A DNA stretch of 64,000 nt from Deltaproteobacteria bacterium (GCA_028344335.1 JAOMAZ010000001.1:11468-75467); one strand, 5' to 3'; counted from the stretch's first letter, positions 37,701 to 47,050 are shown. Numbers and translations: made by a program. Notes: generated from the letters alone by a model not told the origin.

Positions 37701-38550
37701 AACCTTGAATTTTACAGGCACAAGGACTCTTATTTGTAATGGTAATCCAATAGATTCTGGAAATTATACTATGACTTTACAACCACCTCCAAGCCACACC
37801 TCTACCTTTGACAAAGTGATTTGTAAAGCAACACAGGGGGGTAGCGGTGATAGTGGTGAAATTCAAATCACTATTTCAATTGAAAATAACGAAATTACAA
37901 GTTGGACAATTTCATCTGATTGGCAGCAAAAACAAGTTGCTAACAAGGGGTTCCTTGGTGGAGTAGGTGAAACAGAATATATCGCAGGAGGTGCTGGAGT
38001 GCTTCTTCTTGTTGTCATAACTTTACTCGTATTAGCTCGTAAGGGAAGTGAGGAGGAAGAATATGAAGGTGAAGAAGAATATGACGATGGGGAGGATAAC
38101 TATTCGGCAAAAGTTTTGGCTCAGGTTGAGCAGAACTACCAAACTTATCCACCAGCAACGCGCGTTGAAACAATCCCTTCGGGCCCACCCACCACTCAAA
38201 TCATGCCGGTAGTACAAGAGCCTGTTATTCAGGAGCCAAAACAATGGTCACGTGAGGAATTATTGGCATCTGGATGGACTAATGACCAGATAGTTACATC
38301 TTATCCACATTTGGCAGTATTAAGTGCAAGTTCATTGACCACTGCCTTCGATTCTCTTGGAGGTGATAGTGCGCCACAAGAACCGGAACAGGGAGATGGG
38401 CCAGCTCTTCCTGCTGTTAATTGTGTTATTACTGGACAAGAATTGACCTCAAATGACCAATGGGCCCAATGTGCCTCATGTGGTGCCTGGGCAGAAGCGA
38501 CAGCAAAAGCAGGCTGTGAGAATTGCCCACGTTGTCGAGCAGCATGGTGA
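34756..38550 (+). CDS. Large cell-surface protein with repeated Ig-like (CARDB/NEW3-like) domains, TM anchor and C-terminal Cys cluster
   Basis: Signal-like N-terminus, repeated I.N.GN..D.F / L.PG motifs, GYWIDDI, TM near the C-terminus, terminal C...CASC...CENCPRC. Confidence 0.8.
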   Translation: MRKALFLCFLMLASSSLVMVDNAESASGRSGIDVYISDYSFDYVNSADVNTYKMFSSNYPIAGFNKPETLFITDGVLGADLRISFTISNDGTSDSSGFAANVVILHDEYIEFELLNTTVQVSNVPAQGTSTVSFDWIPNYAGNHSLVIDLANTNDDNYANNMRTRHLTIAWLYDNCDDLAQWSAGTGWQASSDATISMNSACHVGNGESSTYGDGWSTSLDTPVWDLSDIATNPTRVIGYGFFYTGSILSGDSISLQARKNDGSWEELGTMTGTIDGSFQDGSTNWQTFSNTVGSQTTPVIPMQPRHFHTSSQLRFHFSSDSSGNAIGYWIDDIVLLYDQKAKVEEFDWNIGTVSSAAAQREEWSDQTIIIQNNGNLSDKFIPSVSGLPDDWEVIYTHEGGSNIDAPNGVRVAPGESKNLHVKIKPGPNASLGVESYLLDIRSMEQSSVFDSRNVSITVLADFIPSIQPQTTTPVCAAGNSCEFFITVENIGDSSDTFDLEVSPFDVKTGWSLGLAWDQSTSIVVAPGTPELVKMMVSVPEGEAPDVSSSVNFQATSRTDPERSDSIQVSAAAAMVSAAEFSIESENIPSNGWEVEPSGSIVIRFSLWNNASRQDTFSFSLDVQGGRTWNVDVQDYPDLPINPGSSATYVVTITAPSTAQAGDPGPVLTPQANSIRSNMSASTFQFSELRVSTLHDLVLRASDMPPYITPGIGTGFNIEIENDGNGPVDALLDLPDLPSTWQWWSVVDGVNITGPIRLSPSYEQMDIAYVELFILAPADESAGESLEFSIVVEPWEGEDIDLTNNEIIHEVITSQVRQPVLYPPEESEYRMNTDGTITIYFNVLNLGNTRESEMKVRVDHTSTPAAADITTLLERGSKSSAAGQWLTSSVLAGQQVEYMLTVIADSDLTLNTRLNLKITVVGGLDEFSQPLMLEYEFTILADVRREVTANLLAPTDGEALKSGEEHVFTVELESHSSIPEIITLNFTGTRTLICNGNPIDSGNYTMTLQPPPSHTSTFDKVICKATQGGSGDSGEIQITISIENNEITSWTISSDWQQKQVANKGFLGGVGETEYIAGGAGVLLLVVITLLVLARKGSEEEEYEGEEEYDDGEDNYSAKVLAQVEQNYQTYPPATRVETIPSGPPTTQIMPVVQEPVIQEPKQWSREELLASGWTNDQIVTSYPHLAVLSASSLTTAFDSLGGDSAPQEPEQGDGPALPAVNCVITGQELTSNDQWAQCASCGAWAEATAKAGCENCPRCRAAW

Positions 38551-38589
38551 GGCGACAGCATCATCAATAAACAGCAACAGGGTGAATCG

Positions 38590-38763
38590 ATGGTATTACC
38601 TCCTTTGTGGTATGCTCTCTTTGTCATCGTCTCCTTTCTTGGGATAGCAACTTGGTACCTGAAAAATTTCACTAATAAGGTCAATTTGATGCGCTTTTCC
38701 GCCCTACTTGGTTCAGCATGCATGGCTAGTTTAGCTATTTGGACATGGCAGATGGAGATTTAA
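38590..38763 (+). CDS. Small two-TM membrane protein, 57 aa
   Basis: Manual translation MVLPPLWYALFVIVSFLGIATWYLKNFTNKVNLMRFSALLGSACMASLAIWTWQMEI; GGTGA SD; fills the gap between two + strand genes. Confidence 0.7.
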   Translation: MVLPPLWYALFVIVSFLGIATWYLKNFTNKVNLMRFSALLGSACMASLAIWTWQMEI

Positions 38764-38765
38764 TT

Positions 38766-39284
38766 ATGACAGAACTTCCTGGTGTAGAAGAGCATGAATT
38801 GGCCTCTACCTACCCCACACGCCTTCCGGTTTGGTGGGGTAGGGAAGGAGTAGCAGGAGTTTCTCCTGATGAAGCAGGAACCACTGGCCGAAAAGTAGTC
38901 TTGAGGTTCGAGAAAAAATTTAACAAATTAGAAAAGTTGGTCTTCAAATTTCTTGGAGGAGCAAAGGAAATGAAACGCTCCCTCGATAGCCTCAACAGCA
39001 TGCTTTGGGAATTATCTGATGGTAGCAGAACTTTTGCTGAAATTTGTACAATCATGGACTCGCTCTTTCACGAAAAGGTCGCCCCAGTACAAGACCGTAC
39101 AGCACTTGGCCTAAACCAATTTCAACGACTCGGGGTACTGGCAATTCTGAAAACCAAATTTGATCAAGGATGGCCGACAGGACCGGGGGTTATCCCACCT
39201 TCACAAACGATGACTGAAAGGGTTGATGGCATAGATTCAGAACCCATAGATGGGGAAATTGTGGAATGGCCTTTAGAGTCCTAA
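38766..39284 (+). CDS. PqqD-like (winged-helix) domain protein
   Basis: LD.LNSMLWELSDGSRTFAEIC..M...F.E...P...R....L..F...G pattern typical of PqqD-family proteins. Confidence 0.65.
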   Translation: MTELPGVEEHELASTYPTRLPVWWGREGVAGVSPDEAGTTGRKVVLRFEKKFNKLEKLVFKFLGGAKEMKRSLDSLNSMLWELSDGSRTFAEICTIMDSLFHEKVAPVQDRTALGLNQFQRLGVLAILKTKFDQGWPTGPGVIPPSQTMTERVDGIDSEPIDGEIVEWPLES

Positions 39285-39617
39285 TACATCTTCAGGTGGC
39301 CTACCAATAACTGCTAATTTGCCATTATCATGAATTGGCCTTTGCATCAATATTGGGTATTCCACAACTAATTTCGCAACCACATCTGCATTGTCCAAGT
39401 CTTCTGTGGAAGCCCCACTTTGTGAAAATTCTGCTTCTCCTGTTCTAATTAAGGTCCGAACCCCACTTTGAAGACGCAGTGCAAGGCTTCTTACTTCATC
39501 AAAAGTTAATGGTTGTTTGAGATATTCGACCACAGTAAATTCAATGGCACTCTCGTTTAGCAATTGAAAAGCCTGTCTAGATTTTGAGCAGCGAGGATTG
39601 TGGTAGAGGGTTCCCAT
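39273..39617 (-). CDS. arsC: Arsenate reductase, glutaredoxin-dependent ArsC family
   Basis: YHNPRCSKSR, EYLK.P, LIR, LMQRPI, IGRPPE. Confidence 0.85.
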   Translation of the reverse strand: MGTLYHNPRCSKSRQAFQLLNESAIEFTVVEYLKQPLTFDEVRSLALRLQSGVRTLIRTGEAEFSQSGASTEDLDNADVVAKLVVEYPILMQRPIHDNGKLAVIGRPPEDVLGL

Positions 39618-39639
39618 GGTCCACCCAAGGGGAGCTAGT

Positions 39640-40371
39640 TCACAACTCTTGCCAAAGAATCCTCAGTCCAATTCCATCTGAACACTTGTCTACAGGGGCA
39701 GAGGCACGAGCGCCACATCTTGTTGCTTCAGATTCAGTGAACCATGAACCACCTTTGTGAACTCGTCTACCTGCGTCTCCTCCTACAACTCTTGGATTCC
39801 CGTCCAATGGTACAGCTTGATGATTTGAGTGCCAATTATCCAAGCACCATTCACCAACATTTCCACAAATATCATGTAAACCCCATGGATTAGGGTCTTT
39901 TTGACCTACAATATTGGTTTTCGCTCCTGAATTTCCTGCATTCCAAATATGTTGGTGAATTGCATGGTCTGCATCACCACAATACCAATCTGAAGTAGTT
40001 CCAGCCCTTGCCGCATATTCCCACTCAGCCTCACTAGGTAATCGGAAAGTGCCCCTTGCATGCCATCCTTCTTCACCTAAATGCTCATGTAATTTTTCTC
40101 CAAACTGTGTTGCTTCAAGCCAACTTACTCTTTCTACAGGTCTTAATCCAGCTTCGAATCCCTGCTGAAATTTACTTGGATTAAATCCCATTACAGCAGA
40201 CCAAACGCTTTGAGTTACAGGTCTTGTAGAAAACCAATAATCTCTCTCTATCTTGACTTTTTGAACCGGCCCTTCGCTCGGAGAGGCGCCTCCTCCTTCT
40301 TTTCCCATCAAAAAAGAACCTTTAGAGATGAAAATGAAATCCTGACCGAGCGAGTCGGTCTTAGTTTGCAT
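39640..40371 (-). CDS. Formylglycine-generating-enzyme-family (FGE-sulfatase domain) protein
   Basis: G.FLMG, PVERVSW, FRLPSEAEWEYAARAG, PNPWGLHDICGNVGEW, KGGSW, IGLR; start uncertain. Confidence 0.88.
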   Translation of the reverse strand: MQTKTDSLGQDFIFISKGSFLMGKEGGGASPSEGPVQKVKIERDYWFSTRPVTQSVWSAVMGFNPSKFQQGFEAGLRPVERVSWLEATQFGEKLHEHLGEEGWHARGTFRLPSEAEWEYAARAGTTSDWYCGDADHAIHQHIWNAGNSGAKTNIVGQKDPNPWGLHDICGNVGEWCLDNWHSNHQAVPLDGNPRVVGGDAGRRVHKGGSWFTESEATRCGARASAPVDKCSDGIGLRILWQEL

Positions 40372-40372
40372 T

Positions 40373-40918
40373 TCATTCACCATCGCGCAATAAAGATGCA
40401 TGTTTTACTACTGAAGCAACTAATTTTTCCAACCTTTCAATATTACTTTTATCTGACAGGTCTCCATCTTCAGTAAATGCTTCCTTGACATTGCCAATAG
40501 CTAATTGTTCGGGCACAACCCAACCATGTAACCAACGGATACAGATTCTCAAGTGGTTGAGAGTATTGGAATTAGCAATTCCACCTAATGTCGACATCAG
40601 GCCGAAAACCTTGCCCCCCACGTGATCCATATAGAGCCAGTCAAGGGTGTTTTTCATGACTCCTGACATAGTACCGTGATATTCAGGACTTGCAAGAAGA
40701 AAGCCGTCGCAACTACTGGCCAAAGCCTGAAATTCCTTAACGGTTTCATTTTGCCAACAACCGTCTTCTCCTACCAGCGGTAGAGGCTTTTCAGCAATGT
40801 CCCAAAATATGGCTTCAGCACCCAGTTTTTCTGCTTCTTTCAACGCTAATGACACCAACATACTGTTTTTTGAGGTTGAACCATAACTTCCTGATAAACC
40901 GAGAATCTTGCTACCCAT
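40373..40918 (-). CDS. NAD(P)H-dependent FMN reductase
   Basis: ILGLSGS, DGFLLASPEYHGTMSGVMKNTLDW. Confidence 0.9.
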   Translation of the reverse strand: MGSKILGLSGSYGSTSKNSMLVSLALKEAEKLGAEAIFWDIAEKPLPLVGEDGCWQNETVKEFQALASSCDGFLLASPEYHGTMSGVMKNTLDWLYMDHVGGKVFGLMSTLGGIANSNTLNHLRICIRWLHGWVVPEQLAIGNVKEAFTEDGDLSDKSNIERLEKLVASVVKHASLLRDGE

Positions 40919-41004
40919 AGAGACTGGGAAAGATACATCCTTCAAAGAAGTTGAGATGAACTTGATTCGGTAATGCTTATCTCAAGTTCAGTGCGGTTGA
41001 GTAA

Positions 41005-43335
41005 TTGGTGCCCACTGTGACTGTAGATGATATCCCCGCCGCCGCGCCTAATCTTAAAGATCCCAGCATCTCAAGCAATGCCTTGGAAAGTGCGGGTTTA
41101 GGTAGTATGATTGCAGAAAGTGCAGAACCTGAATCGCCCGAAGAGGACCCATGGGCAATGGGTCCCGACGATTTTGAAGAAATACCAGAAGTTGCAATCG
41201 TAGATATCAGGGATGATATCGAAGAAATCACCTCCCCAGATGATGACAATGAAGTCGAAGCATTGATTGCAGAAGGTGAAGCTCTAACTCGTGAGGGTAG
41301 CAATAAAGAAGCGTTAGCATCGTTCAACAAGGCAATCGCTGCAGACCCCGGTGCAGAAATGGCGTGGTTCAATCGCGGCGTCATTCTTGAAGCCCAAGGC
41401 GATACTCGCGGGGCCCGCCAATCTTTTGGGATTACATTGGACTTGAATCCAGAACATGGCCCTGCGGCTGCAAACTTGGCTATCATCCTCGATAGAATGG
41501 GGGATTCTCAAGGTGCTAAGCGCTGGGCTGAAGTCGCTTTGGAAAGTTTCCCTGGACATCACTTATTGCTCGGCTTGGTTCGTAATAACAACAGCCAAAG
41601 TCATGGCGTAGTTTCAGGTGCCAAGGATGCAGATGTCAAGATGATGGGGCAAGCTCAAGCTTCAGAGGCAGCACCAGAACGCGCAGATTTAGTTTGGTCC
41701 GAAGATGATGTCGCATCGGCAATGGATACACATGGCTTGAGAGATCGTGAAGCAGTCTTGGAAGAAGCAAGATTGCATGATGTGGATGGTAATTTATACC
41801 TTGACAAAGAGGAATTGCATTCGGCTGCAGGTTTAGTTGCTGCAAAACAAGCTGCCACTGTTGAAGCAGAAAGCAGGGCAACTGCTAGAGAAGAAACCGC
41901 ACCGACTACCGAACTAGCACCTGCTGGTCCTGATTTGGATAGCCTTTGTGAACAAGCTACAGGATTACTCCGCTCCGGAGATGCTCGTGGAGCCTTGGCG
42001 ATGCTGATGGAGCATCTGCACTCGGATGCAGCACAGCACCCTTCCTGTTGGCGTGTTGCTGCGGGAGCGATGGCGCGCTTGGAATTGAATGATAATGCAA
42101 TAGATGCTTTTACTCATGCTCTAACTTTGGATGATAGCGATTCCTCAGGCTGGTATAATTTGGGTGCAATTCACAAGCGGAAGGAAGACATGAGTTCCGC
42201 AGTTGACTGTTTCAGTAGGGCTCTTGCATTGAATCCTGACTATAGTAGAGCCTGCTATGCATTAGCAACAGGTTGTTTAGACATTGGTGATGTAGAAGCC
42301 GCAGTAAATGCTTGGAGAAAATTACTAACAATCGAACCAAATCATGATTCAAAAGAGGATTTCGGGACATTATTGGTTGAACTTGGTGAAGGTGAAGCAA
42401 AAGTACTGGAACTAGCAGGTGGATTACCTCCAACTATGCCTGAGGGGCCAGCCCTTGCTGAAGAGGCAATCACTTACATCAATAAAGATACACCTTTGAT
42501 GGCAAGAGCCCTCAGTGTTGCAGGTAAGCATACAGATTCAGTTCTTTGCTGGAAAGAGTTATTGAAAGTTGATAAAGAAAATGCCGATTGGTGGCTTGGA
42601 TTAGCAAATGCATTGGCAGCAGCTGGAGATGAGGCTACTGCAGCACGATGCAGACAAAAATACGAGGCCCTTTCTGGTGCTTCACCTTCTGTCGAAGTGG
42701 CCAACGAAACCATGTCTTCCCAGCCACAAACAATGGTAGAGGAAGTCCCTCAACCTGAACCAGCACCAGTAGAGAATGTTGTGCCAGCTGTTGACCTATC
42801 AATGCCTGAACCAACTCCTGCACCAACTCCAGAACCATCCCCTAAAGTGGATTTGGCTAAAGCGGCTCTCGATGCTTCCCAAAAAGCAGCATCAATCCCA
42901 ATCATAGCGCCTGTTGCTTCCAACGCAATAGCAAATCAAGATGTTGAATGGTATAACAAGGGATTAGCCCTTTTATCTGAAAAGAAGTATCAACAATCGC
43001 TTTCATGTTTTGATAAGGCACTACCTCTGTTTACTCACGACGATAATATGGTAATTAGAATCCTCAACGCTAGAGGAAACTGTTTTTACTATCTTGAAGA
43101 ATATCCAAAATGTATCGAAAACCACCACAAAGCTATGCTAATCGAGCCAACCTCGGTAACCGGAGCGACCCTCTACAACATGGGTACTGCCTATGGAGAA
43201 ATGGAAAGGTTTCCCGATGCAATAAAGTGCTTCGAGCAAGCAATTCCTCGTGGATTAACCAAGGAACAGCAGAAATTGGCCAAAGAGCAAATCCGCCGCT
43301 GTAAATTACTTCTCAAAGAACAAGAGAAAAAGTAA
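41005..43335 (+). CDS. TPR-repeat protein
   Basis: Multiple TPRs (AWFNRGVIL, GWYNLGAIH, WYNKGLAL, LYNMGTAY) with acidic/Pro-rich linkers and one EF-hand-like DVDGNLYLDKEE. Confidence 0.88.
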   Translation: MVPTVTVDDIPAAAPNLKDPSISSNALESAGLGSMIAESAEPESPEEDPWAMGPDDFEEIPEVAIVDIRDDIEEITSPDDDNEVEALIAEGEALTREGSNKEALASFNKAIAADPGAEMAWFNRGVILEAQGDTRGARQSFGITLDLNPEHGPAAANLAIILDRMGDSQGAKRWAEVALESFPGHHLLLGLVRNNNSQSHGVVSGAKDADVKMMGQAQASEAAPERADLVWSEDDVASAMDTHGLRDREAVLEEARLHDVDGNLYLDKEELHSAAGLVAAKQAATVEAESRATAREETAPTTELAPAGPDLDSLCEQATGLLRSGDARGALAMLMEHLHSDAAQHPSCWRVAAGAMARLELNDNAIDAFTHALTLDDSDSSGWYNLGAIHKRKEDMSSAVDCFSRALALNPDYSRACYALATGCLDIGDVEAAVNAWRKLLTIEPNHDSKEDFGTLLVELGEGEAKVLELAGGLPPTMPEGPALAEEAITYINKDTPLMARALSVAGKHTDSVLCWKELLKVDKENADWWLGLANALAAAGDEATAARCRQKYEALSGASPSVEVANETMSSQPQTMVEEVPQPEPAPVENVVPAVDLSMPEPTPAPTPEPSPKVDLAKAALDASQKAASIPIIAPVASNAIANQDVEWYNKGLALLSEKKYQQSLSCFDKALPLFTHDDNMVIRILNARGNCFYYLEEYPKCIENHHKAMLIEPTSVTGATLYNMGTAYGEMERFPDAIKCFEQAIPRGLTKEQQKLAKEQIRRCKLLLKEQEKK

Positions 43336-43340
43336 ACTGA

Positions 43341-44696
43341 ATGGTGTATCTTATGTTAAACCCTGTTGAGGAAGTCATCCAAAGATTAGTAGATGCAGGG
43401 TTGGATGAAAAAGAAGCAAATATTGCAGTTTCCATGGCCGGCCGTTCACCGATGAAGGCAAGCCAAATCGGTAAACTTGTAGGCGTTAGTAGAATGGACG
43501 CATATAACACTCTAAAACGCTTGCAAGAGAAAGGGATGATCAAATCCACCGTCGATAAACCAATGCGTTTTGCGGGCCTAACTATCGCAGAAATATTCCA
43601 TCAACTAATCAACCGAGAAGAAGCAGAATTGCGTAGATTACGAAGCCATTTAGAGGAATTAGAAAGTGGCCCTGCGGAGGCTTTCATCAGCATACCACCT
43701 GAAGTTAAGGAAGCCACATTTACGGTAATCAAAGATAGTACCCACATCCAAGCAGCAATAGAAAGAATGGTCGACGATTCAGAAGAAGAAGTCATCATGA
43801 TGCTTGGTCGCTGGGGGATTCTACATCTCGTCAGGAGTGGTTGTATCGATGCTCTAAACAATGCTGCGATGCGTGGAGTGAAGGTAAGGGTAATTGCAGT
43901 CCTTGAAGAAAAGAACTCCAAGTTCTTCGATAAATTGGATGATGCTATCGAAGTCAGACATTGCAATGATTCCAATGCTGGAATCTCAATATTTGATGAT
44001 GATGCGGCTGTTCAATTAATTTCAATTGAGGAAAATCCTGTCGGGCGAGGTAAAAATGATAGTGCCCTAGTTGTAGAATCTCAAGGCTATAATAAGGCGC
44101 AGCGTGAATTAGTTGATTCCTTATGGGCCGATGCAATAGACATAAACAGCGCCAGAAGTAAAATTCTCCAAGGAAATCTAATTGAACCCCTTAAGGTAGT
44201 TTTAGGAGAAGGATCATTCTATCAAAGATTAAGAATTGGGATTCGAGAATTATCTTCTGTGCCGAATGCTGTGCTGCGAAATAAGGGGGAAATAATTGGA
44301 ATAAATCCACAGAATATTACTTTAGATTTAATGGGTATTTCTTTTGATGATTTAATGCGCGATATCGGCAATAGAATTGGAGAGGAGATTGCAACTTCAG
44401 CCTCATTAATAGATAATGAAGAGAATTTCAATAATGAATTACAGAAAATTTGGAATGAATTGGGGATGGGTGAATTAATTTTAGAGGGAAACCCCCCAAA
44501 TTCAATCACTGTTATCGATTCTAAAGCATGTCAAAGCGGGGCTGAAGTGGGGAGGCTATTTTGCCACTTAGATGAAGGTATACTTGAAGGAGTAATGAAA
44601 TCAAGACATGGCTATTCAAGTGTTTCAGTAAAACGAAATTGTCCGGTTGATGGCTCCGTCTCCTGCCAATTCGAAATTCAACTACTGAATGAATAA
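43341..44696 (+). CDS. TrmB-family transcriptional regulator with C-terminal V4R domain
   Basis: GL...EA......M.AS.IG..VGVSR.DAY..L.RL..KG HTH, central RGVKVRVI effector domain, C-terminal W..LGMG...C...CH...GILEG...C...C. Confidence 0.82.
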   Translation: MVYLMLNPVEEVIQRLVDAGLDEKEANIAVSMAGRSPMKASQIGKLVGVSRMDAYNTLKRLQEKGMIKSTVDKPMRFAGLTIAEIFHQLINREEAELRRLRSHLEELESGPAEAFISIPPEVKEATFTVIKDSTHIQAAIERMVDDSEEEVIMMLGRWGILHLVRSGCIDALNNAAMRGVKVRVIAVLEEKNSKFFDKLDDAIEVRHCNDSNAGISIFDDDAAVQLISIEENPVGRGKNDSALVVESQGYNKAQRELVDSLWADAIDINSARSKILQGNLIEPLKVVLGEGSFYQRLRIGIRELSSVPNAVLRNKGEIIGINPQNITLDLMGISFDDLMRDIGNRIGEEIATSASLIDNEENFNNELQKIWNELGMGELILEGNPPNSITVIDSKACQSGAEVGRLFCHLDEGILEGVMKSRHGYSSVSVKRNCPVDGSVSCQFEIQLLNE

Positions 44697-44745
44697 TCAA
44701 CGCACATATTGAAGAAGGTCCCCTTCTTGCCTTAGGCTGATAATC

Positions 44746-45126
44746 ATGGATTGCGGTACCTGTCCGACCAGTGAAGTGGTCACCATTGAAGTCCCCAAAG
44801 TGGTTCAATGCAATGTTTCGATGAGCGAATCTGCGGTTAAAATGCTTGCCGATGCTTTCGGTGAAGATCGTACTTCAGCACTTTTAGTTGGGGTACTTTC
44901 AGGTGGATGTTCGGGCTATATGTATGATTTGCAAATCGTAGAAGAAACCGATGTAGATTGCCAAGAGCATGTGATTGAAGGCTTCAAAGTACTAATTCCA
45001 AATCATGCAAGCCATATGCTTGATGGGATTCGTATCGATTATATCGACCGTTTAATGGGGGGTGGATTCAAAATTGAGAATCCCGGTGCAGAACGCTCCT
45101 GTGGTTGCGGAGAGAGTTTTGGATGA
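44746..45126 (+). CDS. A-type Fe-S carrier (HesB/IscA/SufA family)
   Basis: GGCSG.Y, IDY......GF...NP.A..SCGCGESF. Confidence 0.93.
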   Translation: MDCGTCPTSEVVTIEVPKVVQCNVSMSESAVKMLADAFGEDRTSALLVGVLSGGCSGYMYDLQIVEETDVDCQEHVIEGFKVLIPNHASHMLDGIRIDYIDRLMGGGFKIENPGAERSCGCGESFG

Positions 45127-45833
45127 ATGGCTTCAGTTTTGAAGAACGCACCCTATTGATTATTCGAGGTAAGAATCGATTATCATTCATCAATAACCTA
45201 TCTACTAACAAGGCTGATTTCTTGGAAGTAGGACAGACTATTGAAACTATTTTCACAGATGTCAATGCCCGAATAATTGACTTAGCAATAATCGGCCAAA
45301 TGGAAGAAGCGACTTTCATTATTGGCCACCAAGCTAACCATTCAAGACTGCTGACTCATCTTTTACAACGTTCAAATCTAGATGCAGTAGAGATGACAGA
45401 TTCAAGCACATTAAACCAATTCATCCGTCTAAATGAAAACCATGATCGCGAAGTGTGGACAACTAGAAATGACGCTACTTTAGTATCAGACGGTCCATTT
45501 ACATTAGTGGTATTATCGAAACAGAAATCATCTTCTAAATTCACAGAAGGACTTAATGAAACTTGTTTAGAAGAAAAAAGAATCAAGGCATTGCGGCCTG
45601 GGCCTGCTGAATTGACTGCAAAGTTCACACCCTACAATATTGGATTAGGGCACCTTGTTAGTGAGACAAAAGGATGCTACCTTGGGCAAGAAGTATTGGC
45701 CAGAATGCAGAGCCGAGGAAAGAAAGGGAAACAGTTGATTCTTGTAAAAGGCGAGGATCTCCAAATTGGAAAAAATGGAGTCACTAGTGCCGCAAATAAC
45801 CATGGTTTGGCGGTCATCACTCCTCTTGGCTGA
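45123..45833 (+). CDS. YgfZ/Iba57-like folate-binding Fe-S maturation protein
   Basis: G..RL.F.NNL.TN and signature KGCYLGQE; ATGA overlap with the A-type carrier gene. Confidence 0.82.
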   Translation: MNGFSFEERTLLIIRGKNRLSFINNLSTNKADFLEVGQTIETIFTDVNARIIDLAIIGQMEEATFIIGHQANHSRLLTHLLQRSNLDAVEMTDSSTLNQFIRLNENHDREVWTTRNDATLVSDGPFTLVVLSKQKSSSKFTEGLNETCLEEKRIKALRPGPAELTAKFTPYNIGLGHLVSETKGCYLGQEVLARMQSRGKKGKQLILVKGEDLQIGKNGVTSAANNHGLAVITPLG

Positions 45834-46971
45834 GGAATGAAAGATCTGGACGTATTGGCATTGTAGAGTCATCATTATCTAGGCGACTTGGTAAATTATC
45901 GATCATTCCAAATGTTACTGCATCACGCTCTTTGATGACCGCTTTGCCCAATAGTCTATCTCGCATCGAACATTCCACATGCAATAATAAACGGTCTTCA
46001 TGACGATTGAATGAATATGATACTGGGTCAAGGACTTCAACGACCTGTTGAGCAAAAGTATCCCTTACTTTCTTACCTCGCCTTTGAGCATAACCAATTT
46101 CTACCGCCATTCCTACAACTGTAACCGAAAATAAAACCAATAGCACTGTTAGCGCGAAAAGTATGGAATTTCCACCTCTGGCTTCTGCCATCAAATCTCT
46201 TCCTAAAAGGAATAACAGTCCGACTCCGACGAGTGGGTTGATGTATGATTCAGCCCATGCTTCAACTTGCATTAGACTGGTTCTTGAAGCATCAGCAAAA
46301 ACTAATTCCGCGGCGATGGCATTGGAAATTACTTCCAATACTGACAACATCGCGAGATAAATAACTCCCGAAATTAAAAATTCCACCCAAAAATCAGTTC
46401 TGAAACTCCAGTGAACGATTAACCAAGCAAATAGCCCTAAGAATACCGAACGTGGCATGCGGTGAAATGAGACTAAATCCTGACGTAATTTATCATGGTC
46501 TCTGTGCACTTGTGGAATATGGATAATCCCCCACTTTGTCCAATCCTGTAGATATTTCAAAGAAGATACCAACAATTTTCTGTCAATTAATACCCATTCA
46601 GTAAAGGCCATCAAAGGCAATACAAGCAAGAATAATGGTGAAGCAAGTAATACTGCAACCGGTAAAATAATCAATGCTGGAAGTAAAATAAAGTGATGAA
46701 GACCAAGGGGGAAAAGGACATCTGTTTCGATTAATCTAACTCGTTCAATAGTAATATTACGTTGTCTTGCCTCATCATCCAACTTTTCACGATGCCTTTC
46801 CAATGATTGACCGCTATCAAGAATTGCTCTGACGTGAGCCCTGTATTCTTGCTGGTCAAGGGTTTTGCCAACATACATATGCCAAACTAATCGAGCTGGA
46901 ATAGCCATTAATAATGGAAGAGCTAATATTGCAATTGACCAAAGCAGAGCCTCGATATCAAGTTCCTGCAT
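45817..46971 (-). CDS. Multi-pass membrane protein, function unknown
   Basis: 384-aa ORF with about 6-7 hydrophobic segments. Confidence 0.75.
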   Translation of the reverse strand: MQELDIEALLWSIAILALPLLMAIPARLVWHMYVGKTLDQQEYRAHVRAILDSGQSLERHREKLDDEARQRNITIERVRLIETDVLFPLGLHHFILLPALIILPVAVLLASPLFLLVLPLMAFTEWVLIDRKLLVSSLKYLQDWTKWGIIHIPQVHRDHDKLRQDLVSFHRMPRSVFLGLFAWLIVHWSFRTDFWVEFLISGVIYLAMLSVLEVISNAIAAELVFADASRTSLMQVEAWAESYINPLVGVGLLFLLGRDLMAEARGGNSILFALTVLLVLFSVTVVGMAVEIGYAQRRGKKVRDTFAQQVVEVLDPVSYSFNRHEDRLLLHVECSMRDRLLGKAVIKERDAVTFGMIDNLPSRLDNDDSTMPIRPDLSFLSQEE

Positions 46972-47050
46972 GTTAATGCGTAGTGCTGTTATTTGATGAG
47001 GCTATTGGCCAATGCCAAGGTTCATTGACATTATCGAAAGCCAATGGACT

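Noticed and set aside
38590..39284. RiPP cluster (small peptide plus PqqD)
   Set aside because: The peptide is a two-TM hydrophobic protein and no modifying enzyme is adjacent.
39640..40371. True formylglycine-generating enzyme
   Set aside because: The catalytic Cys pair is absent and no sulfatase is in the window.
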